A stretch of 61,908 bases of DNA, the filler included, from Choristocarpus tenellus KU-1152 (lineage: Eukaryota > Protista > Phaeophyceae): NCBI GenBank assembly GCA_964200185.2. It is 10 parts of 10 records of this genome, joined end to end, with 100 filler letters (N's around TTAATTAATTAA, not from the genome) between each part and the next. Parts side by side here need not be neighbours in the genome. Positions count along the whole stretch, not along the records: positions 1 to 6,812 come from CAXNAD020007293.1; positions 6,913 to 13,717 come from CAXNAD020007309.1; 8 more parts are not named here. The stretch is one strand, 5' to 3'. Every line of letters starts with the position of its first letter. Position 1 is the stretch's first letter. The notes under the pieces were generated by a model that worked only from the letters and a program-made list of their open reading frames with translations, was not told the DNA's origin and did not search any database. Of the stretch, positions 1 through 13,717 are shown one piece after another. The position numbers were made by a program, and so were the translations under genes.

Positions 1-803
1 CGTAGTCCCGCTCCATCCCCAATTTTGAAAATCCTCTGTTGAATCTTCTTCCTTCTTCTTTGGTCTTATCCAGGAATATGAACCGGTTGTCAGATTGGGA
101 GGCCATACTGCAGGGAGACTTGTCCATGGCTGGGTTGAACCCCCACCACCTTCCCTGTCTTGCTTGAGTGAGCCACCTAAGGTGCTGTCAACCAAACAAA
201 GGAGTTAGTAACAAAATATTGGTGGATCTCTTTGATGTCCAGATTGAAGTGTGAGCTGTGTCCCCTGAGCCAGCATTCTTTCCCTTCTTTCCTTTTCATG
301 TTCTGCTCCTTCTTGTCTTTGCCTACTACTGCTTTGTTTGGTTGAGCATCCATCCATTATTAGGATCTCTTCCCTCCTGGTGAACCCAATTTAGGGTGTG
401 AGCAACTAACTGCTGAGGCAAAGCAGTGTCCAATCAGTCCTACGAGTGATGGAAAATACCAGAGTGACATGGGGGATCAATTCACAGGTACGTAAAAAAA
501 TCACACTAATCAATCTTGGGTCATCATCATGATGTGAATTTAGATCCGATTGTTGGACGTTAGATCATTGGGACTAATGTGAAAGGGAAGTGATCAGGGA
601 ATTCTCAGAAGATTGCCTTTGATGTTCTCATGAATGTCAACAATCACAAATACACAAAAAAAATCGGTCACTTACATTTAAACTTTTGGAACATCGCGCC
701 ACACTGGCTCTTTAATCTCTTCGCGCGCAGTATTTTAGCGCACCTTTCTTTCCTTGGAAAAGGGGACTCAGAAAGTGTAGGGAGGACCCACAAGAGGAGG
801 AAG

Positions 804-1052
804 GTGAGTCTTGTGGGAGGGGAAAACTAATATAGTGTGCGGGTCGGATATATGGGGACATGATAGAAAGGTGCAGGGAGATGTATAGGCGATACAGTAT
901 AAAATCGGCGACCTTTCTAAAATGGTCCTTCCGTCGAGATGTTCTTTGCCTTGTATCAAGTCGTTATGGAGTTTGTCTTGGAGGGAGAAGATGAAGCCAA
1001 CGGTGTTCTGCACCAAGAAGTCCCTAATGCTGTTTTCATTTCTCTTTCCCAG
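804..1052 (+). other. Putative 5'-UTR intron of TVP23
   Basis: Donor AAG|GTGAGT at 804. Branch-like CTAAT at ~1024, then a pyrimidine tract and CAG acceptor at 1052, which lies 28 nt before the ATG at 1081. Confidence 0.5.
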
Positions 1053-1080
1053 GTCCCCGATAGATTCTATTGGCTCCCTC

Positions 1081-3041
1081 ATGTCGGGAAAGGCGGAGGA
1101 CGAGCTTGAGTTCATCAATGTTGTAGAGCATGGTTCAGGTGCCTCGCGACCGATTGGTGGATCCTCTTCCAGAGTCTACGCTCAAGGGGGGACAAACCCT
1201 GGCTTCACTGGCTTGACCGAAGGAAGCCTAGGTTTCATTAGGCAGTCCCAACACCCATTAACAGCTCTCTTTCACTACCTGTTCAAGTTGTTGGCATTGT
1301 TATGCTACCTATTTGGAACCTGGTTCTCGAGTAATCACGTCTTCATATTTGTCCTCTGCATTCTTTTCCTGGCCTTCGACTTCTGGACAGTGAAAAACAT
1401 ATCGGGGAGACTCATGGTACGTTGGTATTCGTCGATACTCAAGCTTTGATATTTTCAGAAATGGAAGGAGTGAAATTTCTTGCGTGATTTGGTCCTTTAG
1501 TTTCAGATTAAGATATTGCTGTGTAAAGGAGGATGCCTCCCTGCCTGCTTGAACCACGTCTACATCTTTACCTCGGTGTGCCTCATATGCATTGCTGTCA
1601 TGACACAATGGGTCGTTAATACATAGCATTCCTTGTTACATACATTGCGCCTTCTCGTCCCTGGAGGTGGGCTTGCGGTGGTGGAGTCATGTCACAGAGG
1701 AAGGGACCAGCGAATGGGTATTTGAGTCACTGGAGAACATGGGGGAGATCAATAGCGCGGATGCCAAGCTATTCTGGATTGGCCTGTATGCAACCCCACT
1801 AATATGGCTTGGGCTCTTCGTCGTCGCATTGTTTGGTTGGAATTTCAAGGTGTGACACGAGTGGGGAAAGCGGAACCCATGTATATGACTAGAGCATTCA
1901 GTTCTTGCATTATGTAGTAATGTTGTGTCAATGAATATTAGGCGTTTTATTTTCTACTCTTTTCATTGCCAAGCTGGAACTCACCCAATACTTTGGCACC
2001 TGGCTCACAGTTACATGGAGGAGAGTGGGAATGGCAACGCAATGGCAAAATAACACGTTTTGAGATAACATCGCCTTTTTAATTTAGAGATAGAGATGAT
2101 GAAGAAGACTGTTCTGTTCACAGGGCTTTGTGTTGAGATTTTTGTTCGTTGATGATGAACATGTATTTTTCTCCTCTTTCCCCCCCATGCACTCATCCTG
2201 CTCTGTTCCTATTACTTCAGTGGCTTGTAATCGTGGTGATAGCATTACTTCTAAGTGGGGCAAACATTTATGGATACACCAAATGCAGTCACGATGCGAA
2301 ACAGAAGGTGAGAGGTGCTGTGATGCAATACTGTGGGAGGTGCTTGTTGAAGTGTAAGGTGGGTGGGTTACGTGTGTTTTTTAGGGAGAGAGGATACTGG
2401 CTTGTAAATTAGGTAATTGAAGACTGCGACACTATCATGTTATTCTATATCGTTATCCCCCCTCTTCCAATTGAGTCCCTGATGTCTGGGGTGGGGGCAG
2501 CACATGATAGATTCAGGCCAAGAAGAGTGCGTATTTGAGTGAGTTAGTTTAAGGTAATGGGGATGTTTACTTTCTATTTCCTCTGGCGCAAAGATTGAGC
2601 ACAGCTTTTTGGAAGAACTGAAGCATATGATTCTCTTTTTACCACAGTTTGTGCTTCAATAAATTCCTGTGGGAGGCTGTCCACTGTAAGGGTGATACTG
2701 AATGCCTTGTGACAAATTTTGTCTTGGTGTTGACGACTGTGTAAGGTAGTCCCTTTCATCTAAATGACGAAAGTGCAGCAAGGAACACGATGTGCTGCCT
2801 TATTTCGACCCCACCCACTTTTACCCTTCCAGACTGTTGCTTACAGTGGGTTGATCCTAATTTTTTATCCATTCCGTTTATCTTGTCAAACAAGGTGAAA
2901 AATCTGGTGCAGGAGGGCATGGCACAGGGGGCAGTTGCAGCCTTTGGCAGTTCCAATGTTAGGAATGCATTGTTTTCCTTGTTCCTCAACACAGATTCGA
3001 CTCCTCCAAACCAGCAGCAGCAGGCTCCATCGCGGGTCTGA
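1081..3041 (+). CDS. TVP23: Golgi apparatus membrane protein TVP23 (FAM18/DUF846), ~250 aa, 4 exons: 1081-1416, 1667-1849, 2221-2307, 2895-3041
   Basis: The spliced translation has the family motifs [45 protein letters not shown] and ANIYGYTKC. All three introns are GT-AG and phase 0. Confidence 0.93.
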
Positions 3042-5871
3042 TCCGATAGCTGACCCACAAGTCAGAAATGGGGGGCTAGGAAAGGAGGTGCAAAAATGGG
3101 TCACACGTGCAAATGTGCTGCACATGTCTGAGAAGAAGTGACTAATTCATCTCTGTTTACTTCTCTATTTTAACCCAGCTCTCTGTAACCTCAACGGCCT
3201 TGATGGATGCTCTTTTTTTTTGGCACCAATGGAGGTTACAGTGTTTGCATTCTCCACTTGCACCCGGTCTCCCCTTGCATCCCCTCAAGTTCTGCTAGGT
3301 GCAACTTTCAATGTTGAAAGTAGACAACTCAACCAGCTAGTGTGTAAGTTGTTTTAGAGCAGCTGCAAGGAGTGACTGAATAGCCCAGATAGAGCTCGCT
3401 CGCCCCTTTCCGAATCAAAGTAAAATGGATACATCTGCCTTCCCGAGTGAGCCGTTGATGTGAAGGTGTGGACACTGTGTTATTTTCGATGCAGTGGCGA
3501 TGCGTACATTGTGGTGTACCTAGGCACACTGGCGGGTGAAAGTGGAGGGGTCATGTTGGACTGGACTGCGTTAAAGCTTAGTAAGTGGGGGGGCATTTGC
3601 CGTTGACAGACTAACCATGTTCACTTTGTCGCTTTGTTGGTACTGGTGTGATATTTCTTGGTATCCTAATTTTTGTTTGTCTATGAATGTGATGTGCCCC
3701 AGCATGGGAATTTCTCACCTTAAATGAAGTAGGGGCGTGGATTGGCTGTGTGTGCATATCCGTTGTGAGTTTTATTATTGGGGTGTACATTCTTCAAACG
3801 ATTGCACTCCTTCATGCTTCAGCGTGGATCAGAGTTCAAGGAGGACTTCTTCAGCAATACATAATATATAGTCATGACGCTCTACAGCTGCATTGCTTCT
3901 TTCTCGCTAGAACTACCGTCTGAGGTGGTTTCACCTGTCCTACTAAGTGGACAGTTAAATCTCCTTCAAACATAATACCAAGTAGGAGCTATTATGCTGT
4001 TCATTGCGCTGGAAGAGGTCTCTCAACCAGGTGAGTGTCACTATTGTGATGGATGTAGAGACAGTGTGTGCAAGAAAACTATCTCCAAATGATGGACTAT
4101 AAATTGAATCCTATTGGAAATTGCAAACCCTGCGTGGTGGCACTTTCCTTGTTCCGTCAGTTTCTGACTGTGAAGGTTTGTCCAACAGTATCTAATGATA
4201 TATGCAAATGTGAGATAGTTTGACACGGTTGCAGTGACCGTCGTTTCTTTTTGCACAGTTAAAACAGTTACAGAGGGAATTTTGGAGGTAGGGTTCAGTT
4301 TTATAAAAATCAAAACATGCAAAAGATGTAGTACAGCACAGTTATGTTGGAAGTTTTCATTTATCCTTGGGGTATGTTCTGGTCTATGGTTGGAGTTCTG
4401 TCTTTGACCGTGCAGTTGCATGTGTCATTTAGGATTTAAAATGTGTAAACTGTTTTATTGATTGCACAAGAGAGATCCATACAGTCTTTTGGGTCCCTCT
4501 TATGTATGTACTGTGTAAAACCAAGTAGTTCCTGGCTGTCCGTCCATCCACCTATCTGCACCGGCTCTCTCACGCACCTCCCACATAAAACCAAGTGCTT
4601 TCTGTGTGTCCATTCAGCATCTGTGTCTGTGCGCTACCAGTACTGGCTCTTGTCCTTACACGTAGGCTCGCCCATGCTCACACACATTTGTTTCAATTTT
4701 TTTATAAACCTTAACAACACCAGCTATTTTAGTCCCCATCATGTATGTACTGCATGTTACGGATTAATTTCTGCCCTTAAAGACCTACAGGATCTGTTGA
4801 GGTGCTTTCCTCTTTCTGAGTTGGTTGAAGTATGAGTCCTACTTTGTGCTATTATACATCTCTTTAATCTACCACCTTCCCATGCTACTTCACCTCATCA
4901 CCAGTTCCAGCTCTCACCCAGGCACTTGCGCATACTGGTTTCTTTCAAAGTAGAAAATGCTGAAAATCATAGAAAACTTTACCAGCACTGGCTCTATATG
5001 GCGACCTTTATTGGACCCTTCATGTATGCATCACCGTGTAATAACAAGTATTTCCTGTCCTTCCATCAGTCTGTCTGTATGTGCAGCACTGGCCCTATTG
5101 ATCTGTTCTTCTCTTTGTGAGCTATTTGAAGTTCAAGTCCTACGAAAGTAGATACCCCCTTTGCCTCATACGTTATTGGGGTTACGGGTGTAAATTTTCA
5201 AGATGATCTCTGATTGAAAAAACGGCTTTTTTTACTGGATTCCTTGATGTTTTTAACGTGAAAATCGTCGGTTTCCTTGGGCCCACCAATCCACCAATCC
5301 ACCCCTGCGCTAAGAGCCCCTCTGTCGATTTTGACCAATTTTGGCAGACTCCCCTCAAGCTGCCTTTTCTTAGTTCCAGTGTGCTGTACCTCAAAATCGT
5401 TATCCCCTAGCGTCTTCGAAACTTTATTTTACCACTTAAAGAGGCTCTGCTATACCCTCTCTAAAGTAGCAGCGTTGTTCATGCAGCATATTCTCCTCAG
5501 ATGTCAGAGGTCAACACTCTCTCGGTTGTCCCTGAGGAGGGGCTGGACCTGTGAACACTCAGGATTTAACACCCTCTGGGTATCGATGCTTGGGTGCCAT
5601 GTTAGGCCTAATGAGTTGTAGTGGTGATCTGTTTGCCCAATATGTCTAAGTTAACTCCATCAAGGTGAAAAATACTGAACATCATGAGAATAATGACCTT
5701 TTTTAAGGTACTAAATCCTGCAAGACATCAGTTGACATCTACAATACAGAGTAAACAATCAATTTAGTTGGTGCAAAGTTTTTTAAGAAGTGGAACATAT
5801 CTATTTATACCTGAATTGTGATCTCTTCGGATAAATCATAATTGTGTCGATTTGTATAGTTTATTTTGGAA

Positions 5872-6535
5872 TAGGAACAAAGTATTTTGCTGACCTTTTG
5901 GCATCTACAAGAAGTTTCATCACATAAGACCCGACAGTTGTTCATTTGGCAAGCACTTTTCAGACGGATCTTGAATAATGAATCATATATGTCCGTCCAT
6001 TTCCAGTCCAAACCACTTCCTCATTCCAGTACCATTTATCTTCTGAGTTGCCAGTCACTGTAACAACAGCAAGGAAGCACTGCACAGCCAGACATGCAAT
6101 ATAGTCGAGTTCGCCTAACCAAATATGTCTATGTCAGACCTAATATGGCATTGTGGGGGGATGTCGATTCTTTCCATGGTGAAGTCTGAGGGTGTAAAAA
6201 AACTGAATATGAGAAGAGTGACCAAGCATTTTTGGAACCATTTCTAAACTCTTTGACATCATCAATATAGAGGAAAAAATGAATGAATTCAGTGGATGAA
6301 GAGGTTTCAAGGACTGGAAGAGGTATTCTTGTTGTAGGAACACAATATTGTGTTGACCGTTTGGCATCTAGAAGAATCTTCATCACATTTAAAAACCACA
6401 AATGTTCATTGCTTGTCAAGCGTTTGAACAGAACTTGAATCAAGAGTCTTACGCGTCTGATCAGTTCCAATCTGGTTCTCCTTCCCCATTTGGACATAAA
6501 GTATCTTCTGAATCACTAGTCACCGCAACAACAGA
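5872..6535. repeat. Diverged direct duplication (~200-bp units at ~5872-6072 and ~6335-6535)
   Basis: Collinear shared blocks, e.g. tgaccttttggcatctacaagaagtttcatcacat vs tgaccgtttggcatctagaagaatcttcatcacat, and tatcttctgagttgccagtcactgtaacaacag vs tatcttctgaatcactagtcaccgcaacaacag. Confidence 0.7.
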
Positions 6536-6812
6536 GTGGGGCAGGTACACCAGGACAATAACATGGTGCTCTTTATCGGTCTTAAAATGTCAACAGAGTG
6601 TGCGCGCACGCACAGCATGGTGCTAGACTTGTCCTCATTTCAACAAGGTTCTCACGAGTAACGAAGTACACATTCTTCATGAGAAAATTCCAATTTGTTC
6701 CCTCTCACATAGTACAGAACAGCCCAAAAAACAATTTGTAGGAAATGTCTCTCTGGGTTTCTCTGAACTTAAAAAGATCCTGTGTTATGACCCAGAGTAT
6801 CTGGCGGGGGGG

Positions 6813-6912
6813 NNNNNNNNNNNNNNNNNNNNNNNNNNNNNNNNNNNNNNNNNNNNTTAATTAATTAANNNNNNNNNNNNNNNNNNNNNNNNNNNNNNNN
6901 NNNNNNNNNNNN
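6813..6912. other. Artificial contig spacer (44N-TTAATTAATTAA-44N)
   Basis: 100-nt linker with stop codons in all six frames; identical at nine positions. Confidence 0.98.
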
Positions 6913-7882
6913 GGGAGGGGGAGAAGGAGGATGGGGAAGAGGAGGGTGGCGGGGGGGGGGAAGGAGGTGGCTCCATGAGGAGGAGGCGATCAAGTGGGAA
7001 GATGAAGAGGTCAGACATTGACAGGTAAGGCTAGAGTGAAGACCGGGCAGGTTATCATCAAAGAATGTTTTAAGTTGCTTTGCTGGCTGTAGGTTGACTT
7101 AAAAATAAATAAATGTGTTTTAAGGAAGCTGTTTGTTATCTGTTCTTGATTGCAATGGGTGTGAGAGGAGACAAAGAGGAATTTGTTGATGATTGTGTGT
7201 GTTGATGATTTGGGTTTGTATCGTGCTCTTATTAGAGGACTGAGGTGTTGGCTCTAGGGTGTGGATTGTTATTGTGAAGTGTAGCTCTTGCGGATTGAAC
7301 ATTTCTATATCACGTATGTTTTTTTTTGTCCTGATGGTGCATATTTTTTTCTACATGGGAGACTGGGACTGTCCAATGAAAATACTAAGTATTGGGCTGG
7401 AGTTTGCTTATTGGCTGGTGCATATTGGAACAGTCAACATGAGTCCATGTCTGGGCTCCTTTCCTGTCTCAAGTCCTGTTCCTGTGAAAAAGCAAAATCG
7501 GGCATTGCATGCTGTAGAATTTGGACAATGTAGCTGCTGTCGATGTTAGCGTTGCCATCTAAGGTTATGACTCTATTAAACTAGTCTGTATTTGGCCTAT
7601 GGTAGACATGATCCATTTCAATGCTAGGCCCATTTTGGTCTGTGTCATTTCTTATCTAGCACTGAGGCTTGAGCTTAACATCCATTATCAAATGTACAAT
7701 TGGCCCCCTATATGGTTAACAAACTTTGCCCTCCAGAACAGCATTTGTTCCTGTTTTGTCTTGAATCATTTTGTTATGGTTAATTTTGTTATTTTTTTAT
7801 GTTTTTATTTTCATTATTATTCTGCAGAGTGGTTCCGCTTCTGGATTTTCTTTTTTTCTTTTCGTGAATTAGAAAATAAATA

Positions 7883-7886
<4 letters not shown>

Positions 7887-7916
<30 letters not shown>
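7887..7916. repeat. (AT)n microsatellite
   Basis: Directly visible AT run. Confidence 0.9.
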
Positions 7917-7919
<3 letters not shown>

Positions 7920-8234
7920 TTAAGGCACTGAGAGTGGGACGAGTGGAAATAAATTTGACAGAAATACCAAACGGTCATGTAAATAGGAGGGAAAGAAAAA
8001 TCCATTGTGCAGGAAATGCTCAAGCCAATTCACTCTGTGATTGATTGTCTGTGTCCATCAAACACCTACCATCCCTTTTCTGTCAAACCTCCCATTGCCT
8101 TGGACAAAAGAGGAAATACAAAAGGGAAACGCCTCCCATTGTGTTGAGGCGTTTCCCGCCGTTTTTATGCCTGGACAAGGATTTTTATGTTTTTTGTCAG
8201 GTTAAGAGTTAATGCTGATGAATTGGATTGGATT

Positions 8235-8258
8235 GGGTTAGGGTTAGGGTTAGGGTTA
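8235..8258 (+). repeat. Interstitial telomere-like repeat (GGGTTA)4
   Basis: gggttagggttagggttagggtta, preceded by (GGATT) units. Confidence 0.8.
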
Positions 8259-9818
8259 TGTTTTTTGAGTAGCGATTAAGTGCAACGTGTTGTGTCTCAC
8301 AAATGTAGTTCAAGTGATCGTCATGCATGCAACACTTTTGAAGAGGAAGGAAAAGGAACGCTATAATATGGAAGTGTAGGAACTCCCTCACTGTTGGTTG
8401 GAAAAATGGCCGCTATGGAAAAGCACAAAAATACGGCTCTCTCACCGGCTCTCTCACTGGCTCCTGCGAGAGGAAGAGCTTTCCCACAAGCATATTTGAC
8501 ATGGCAGGCGGTTGTTATTCCATTTTTGTTTTGTTTTGCTAATAATATCAACAGTAACATGAAAATGCAACATGCAGTATGTGACTATTGTGGAAGGGCA
8601 GTTTGTGTTGTAGAAATTTCTTCTTGAAATTCTTGCATGTTGTATCAATTAAGAATTCCACACCTTGGAATTTTTTAGGGTTGAGGGCCTGATCTTTAAT
8701 ATCGCCAGTGCAGACACCTTATTTCACCTTGCTCCCCTTGCCCTGATCCAAACCGCCTCCAACTCCCCTCCCATCCTTGGACACAGTAGTACTGCTCAGA
8801 CACCAAACTTGCCTTTTCAAGACATGGATGTCTCCAGTTTGGGCACCTCCTACCTCTCCAACCAAGATTTGATTATGGAAAGTGGGAGTGCTGGGACCCT
8901 CAATTTAGACAACCCCAGCACTTTGCATTGGGAAAGTCAAGGCCAAACTGTTGTCATGGACCCTGCCCTCTCACGGCTGCCAGCCCTCAGCAAGGGGATT
9001 GACCAGAACAAAGGTGTGGTTTTACATGTACGAAGGTGTCTTCATCCTTGGTAGCAAGAGGGGGGGGGGGGGTCCCGAGTTGCAAGTGGAGAGGATGCCT
9101 TCTGTCTTTGATGCTGTAGCTATTGCTAATACTGCCTCGCTGACCCCTCTTGTTGTAACGGATTAGCTCTCTTTATGCATCAAGGTGGCGGTAGTGAGGA
9201 AGTACACCCACTTGTTCCCTTGCTTCCGATTGGTAAGAGAGAGGTTGAGGACAGCACTGGCTCTTCTCTTTCAACTCAGAAGGTGAATGATGTGGATGGA
9301 CACACCGCTCGCTCGGTAGATGTGATTTGATGCCTGTCTTGTTGAAGTTGTACTGGTGGGGGGGGGGGGATTGTTGGCGGATGGGGCGACTGCATTCCGT
9401 TGACTCGAGAGGCGACATGCGTGGAATATTTTTTTGTTTGTTTGATAGAGAGCACTGTTATGGAGGCGTGTGTGCGCACTCTACTGTACCACCCCCTCGA
9501 TCTTATTTTTGTTGTTTTGTTTTGTGTACGTCCACCGTGTTACTCCTCTTGTCCTACTTGTCTTTTTTCTTTTTTAGATTATTACATAGTGTTATTTATT
9601 TATTTATTTTTGATCTCGGTAGGACGTTGTATCCTTAATGCGTGAGTGTTGCTTTTTGAACTCTGGTTTGTCCCCCCCCCCCCCCTTCCCCCCTCTATCT
9701 TTTTTTTGTTTGTGTTTTTTTTTTTTTTTTTTTGTTTTTTCCCCCCCCCCCCTTCCCCCCTTCAATCGTTTTTTCCTTCTCGCTACTTTTTTTTTTTTCT
9801 TGATATGATGACTGGCAG

Positions 9819-12800
9819 ATGGTCCCAGGTACTCTGATGGTACCACTGTCAGGGACGACTATCTCAAAGAGCCTCCAGGCTAATGGGAGGAGGGTGAGGG
9901 GGGCACTATTGGGGGGGTCTGTTGGGAGAGGAGAAGCTGGTGATGCTGGGGAGGCCGAGGTGGTGATGGATAATGTGAACGGAAAATTCCAGGGGGTGCA
10001 ATCATCGTTGGGGGAGAGTGGCTCAGGGCTCGGTTTGAGAAGGAGGAAGAAGGGGAAACGAGGAATGAGGAAGAAGCTTCTTATGGTTTGTTCTTTTCTG
10101 TTGTTTCAATTAAAAAAAAAAACATTGAAGGGTTTTGGAGAGGTGACTGACTGTGTGAAGGCTCTATTCCTGTTGGCTCCATGTGCGATAAAATAGAAAG
10201 GTCTTTTCTGATTGATTTCGTTGATGATTTGACTTCGCTCGGTTGGGGCGTTGCTCTCAATGTCTTGCTCTCAATGTAATGCGCGTGCAGATCCTGAGTG
10301 ACGAAGCCCGGCGGGACCAGCTGATAGGTGCTTGTGAATGGGGAGACTTGGATGCCGTGGATGATCTCCTTCACGCAGGTGTGCTAGTTGCTGGGTTTTT
10401 TTCTTGCTGCTTGTCGCCTCACTTTTCACAGATCGGGGCCCAGGCATACCCCACCATGTATCATTTTTGGAGCTTTTTTTTTAGTCTTTTGAATGATTTT
10501 GTGAGGTGGTTTGTGTGGGCGGGCGGCTGCTGAAATGGGGACCTTGGTTGTGTGCATGTGTTTTATATGTGGGCATTCCATTGCCTCTGTTTGAATGCTC
10601 GTCATTGGGTCTAACATCAACATCACCTTGGCCATTGCATCACCGGCTTTATATCACCGGCTTTATAGGAGCGAGTCCCCTGGCGCTCTATTCTGATTCC
10701 TCCACTCGGACCATATTCAGTCAGTTCTTCCTGTTTGTGCTTCAGGTGAGTGTGTATGAGTGTATTTCTGCATTTAGTGTGTGTGGGTGTTTTGTTTTTT
10801 TTGTGTGTGTAGGAGTTAGTTGTATGGAAGGCGGGTTTTTATGAAGGAGGATAGGTGTGATGAATGCATCATGTCCAGTAGAATAGGTGGGCGGAACAGT
10901 TGGACTATGAGGGATTGGATATAGTGACAGAGGGTGACCTGGAAGAGATTAGGAGTGTCTGCATAAAGGGAAGAAACGCCTCGCCTCACCTCACCAAGGA
11001 GATGATCATTTACTCGATTGTAAATGGCTGGAGTCCTGTCGACCGCTTGATTAGTTCAACAGGATTGCTGAACCTGTTTTCCTAAGTTGAGGTTTGGCAG
11101 GCCTGGAGGTAGCATCAAGCAGCAGATTAATGTTCTTATGCTCTGGCCTTGATTCTTGAGCTTATTTTATGGTGGTTGGAGAATATCTGGAGGATCAATA
11201 GTGTGCTTTGAGCAGGCTTCTAGTGTATATAGGGATTAATCTATTAGCCTATAGCCTTTGACACCTTCTTCCTTTGGTGCATAAGTTTGATCCAATGTTA
11301 AACAGTGAATGTCCTTGTCCCTCCTTTTCCTGGTACTCTACACCTCTTTGAGGCGTATCCTTGAGATCTGGTTGGGGTACTGCAGTGTTTCTCAGTGCAG
11401 AGCAACATTTTTGCACCAGAGTGGTACCTGGTCCAGTGTGTGAACTTGCACTGCTGTTTTGTTGTTCAGTGAGCCTTGTACTCTCTCCCCTTCAAACCAT
11501 ACCATAGGTGACAGCTGGTGAGGCATCGTGCCTGGTGAGTGATCCACTACTCTATGATATTGTGCTGGAAAAGCTAGCCTCTGCAAAGTGCATGCCCCCA
11601 CTGTCCAGCTCTGTTTTGGCAGACCAGGATGAGAAGGGGTTTATGCCTCTGCACCATGCATCCTACTTTGGAAACATGGATAAGGTCAGGGTCTCATCAG
11701 TTTCTTGGGAGGGCGGGGGGAGGAGTTGTAGGTTTTGGGAAGGATAGGTGTGCAGCAGGTGGTCTCTGTACTGCTGTGAGGTTAGATTTGTAGATGGAGG
11801 TCAGATAACAAAGATCCATGATGTTGAACTGGAACTCTACTGGATGAAAGCATGCCTGACCATCTTGACTCTTGAGTTAGGTTAATTGGGCAAGAGAGTC
11901 GGGAATGGGAGGGTGATTTCAAAAGAATAAGCAGGGCAATCGATCGTCAATGGTCCTATCATGCCTGTTGTGCACAGGGTGTTGACATGGTCCAATGTAA
12001 TTTATCTCTTGCAGTAGAGAGTGATTGGCATCATTTTGGTTCATGATATTGGCCCTATTGAACCCTCCCCCACCCCCAGGCCCTTTTTTTCTGATACGGG
12101 TGTGTGCACTTGAACACACTTCAGGCTACCTCACCCCTTCCTCGAAGTCCCGATCTTCCTGCTGCCTCCCCCCTCCAACTCAAACTTCATGATGTAATTG
12201 ACTCCTGCGTGTGTAACTTGTAGCTGAGGTTCCTCCTGAGACATGGGGCGGACCTGAACAGCCGTGCTGGAAAGCAAGAGACTGCCCTGTTAGTTGCTTC
12301 CGAAAGAGGAGAGCGGGCTCACATTCGAATGGCATTGCTGCTCTTGGAAATGGGGGCTGATCTCCAGGCCACGGATGTGAGCCTACCACCATGTAGTATG
12401 ATAGCAGTGCTGTGACTGTGGAACTTGCTGCCGTTGGTGGATTATAACTTTGTCCCATCTGTAGAGGGGTTGTGTCAAGAAGAAGTGCGCACTGGGACAA
12501 GTAAGTCGTCCAGATGTCAACGGGGATGGGTGAAAGCTTTTTTTTTGTTTGGAATGTGACTGTAATCAAGAGGAGAGTTGCGTGTTGGAGGGTCTCAAAA
12601 CAAAGTCTGAGCTCTGAGAATGAGAGAATGAACCCTTCCAAGTGCCTGGTGAAAGGTGAAGCGTAAGAGGTGCTCGAATTGTTGTTGGAGTAGTCGCGAT
12701 TTGAATGACTCTTTATACGCTGTACATTTCTTTTTCTTATTTTTGTGAGCGTGTTTGACCCTAACCCTACTGCCAACACCAGTATTATTTTTTTTCCAAA

Positions 12801-13512
12801 GGTATTGTTGCAGTAGTGCACTCTGTCAAGCAGCCTGAAGAAGAGTCTTTCTATAGAGAGTTGTGAGGGCTATGTACTGGATGCTTCAAGGTTGATGCCT
12901 TGAGAGGATCTCGCCGTGTAACTGCCTGTCCCTGTGACAGCCGTTGACAGCAAAGGTCAAAAGTATGTAGTAGGCTTCTAAATTTTGTGTACTCAGATGG
13001 TCCCACACAAGGATTGGTTGCCAAGGAGGGGGAGTCTTGGTTACACTACTACATAGGTCGTATATTCTAACAACATTTCAATGGAATACTTGAATGTGGG
13101 AAGTGAAGCTTTCTCATTTAGTACTTCTTTGGTTGTGATGTTTTTGTCTTGCAGGCGTTTCCTGGTACATATTTTCCCCCTTATTTCCCCCCTCTCCTCC
13201 TAACCTAACCCCTCGACTATCAATACAAACAACTCTGTCTTGTCTGCCCGCCTGCCCGCCCGCCCCCATGTCTTCCTGCCTGCCTGCCTGTTTGCCTGTG
13301 TGTTGCTTGTGTGACAGGCCGCTGGCATGACCGCACTTCATCGGGCTGCCAGTGTTGGGCGAAAGCACATGTGCATTTTCCTTGTATTGGCTGGGGCTTC
13401 GAAGGACGAAAGGGACAGACAGGGGAGGCGGCCAGAAGATGTTTGTCGTGGAGTACACCCACGGGCATTTGAAGTTATTCGGCAGTACGTTCCTCAAGAA
13501 GAACCGTTGAAG
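9819..13512 (+). CDS. Ankyrin-repeat protein, partial; exons 9819-10085 (less certain), 10291-10378, 10669-10745, 11508-11684, 12224-12376, 13318-13512
   Basis: Phase-consistent GT-AG joins give LIGACEWGDLDAVDDLLHAGASP...DEKGFMPLHHASYFGNMDKLRFLLRHGADLNSRAGKQETALLVASERG...LLLEMGADLQATDAAGMTALHRAASVGRKHMCIFLVLAGASKDERDRQGRRPED, i.e. several canonical ankyrin repeats. The 3' end is cut by the contig break. An exon ending at 7024 may also belong to this gene. Confidence 0.88.
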
Positions 13513-13717
13513 GTGTGCGATGCACGTCATGTGCTGTGGTGAAGTGGTTATTGTTGTTTTTTTTACTACCAAACAGCAAACACGTAAGAAGATTTGAAAT
13601 GTGTGTGAGTGAAAGCATCCATTGGGGGGGGGGGGGGGGGGGGGGGTTGTTCATTTTTAAAAGCAAAATGGCGTGTGTGAGATTTGTGATTTTTTTTTTT
13701 TTTTTAGCCAACTAAAA

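Noticed and set aside
1-500. Possible minus-strand exon (…RFIFLDKTKEEGRRFNRGFSKLGMERDY) divergent from TVP23
   Set aside because: It is cut by the window edge, with no recognisable family and no consistent gene model.
922-1080. N-terminal extension of TVP23 predicted by ORF 922..1449
   Set aside because: It overlaps a likely 5'-UTR intron; the ATG at 1081 gives a normal-length protein.
5805-6497. Cys-rich minus-strand ORFs as a SET/SWIM or transposase gene
   Set aside because: No diagnostic motif; the region is better explained by the diverged direct repeat.
6857-6868. TTAATTAATTAA recurring nine times, considered as a repeat array, CRISPR-like unit or piggyBac target
   Set aside because: It is always centred in exactly 88 Ns, so it is a bioinformatic linker.
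8665-9054. 129-aa ORF as an exon of the ankyrin gene
   Set aside because: A phase-compatible acceptor exists near 8679, but there is no convincing donor or homology, so it is left unresolved.
12180-12821. 213-aa minus-strand ORF
   Set aside because: It is antisense to an ankyrin exon and intron and has no motif.
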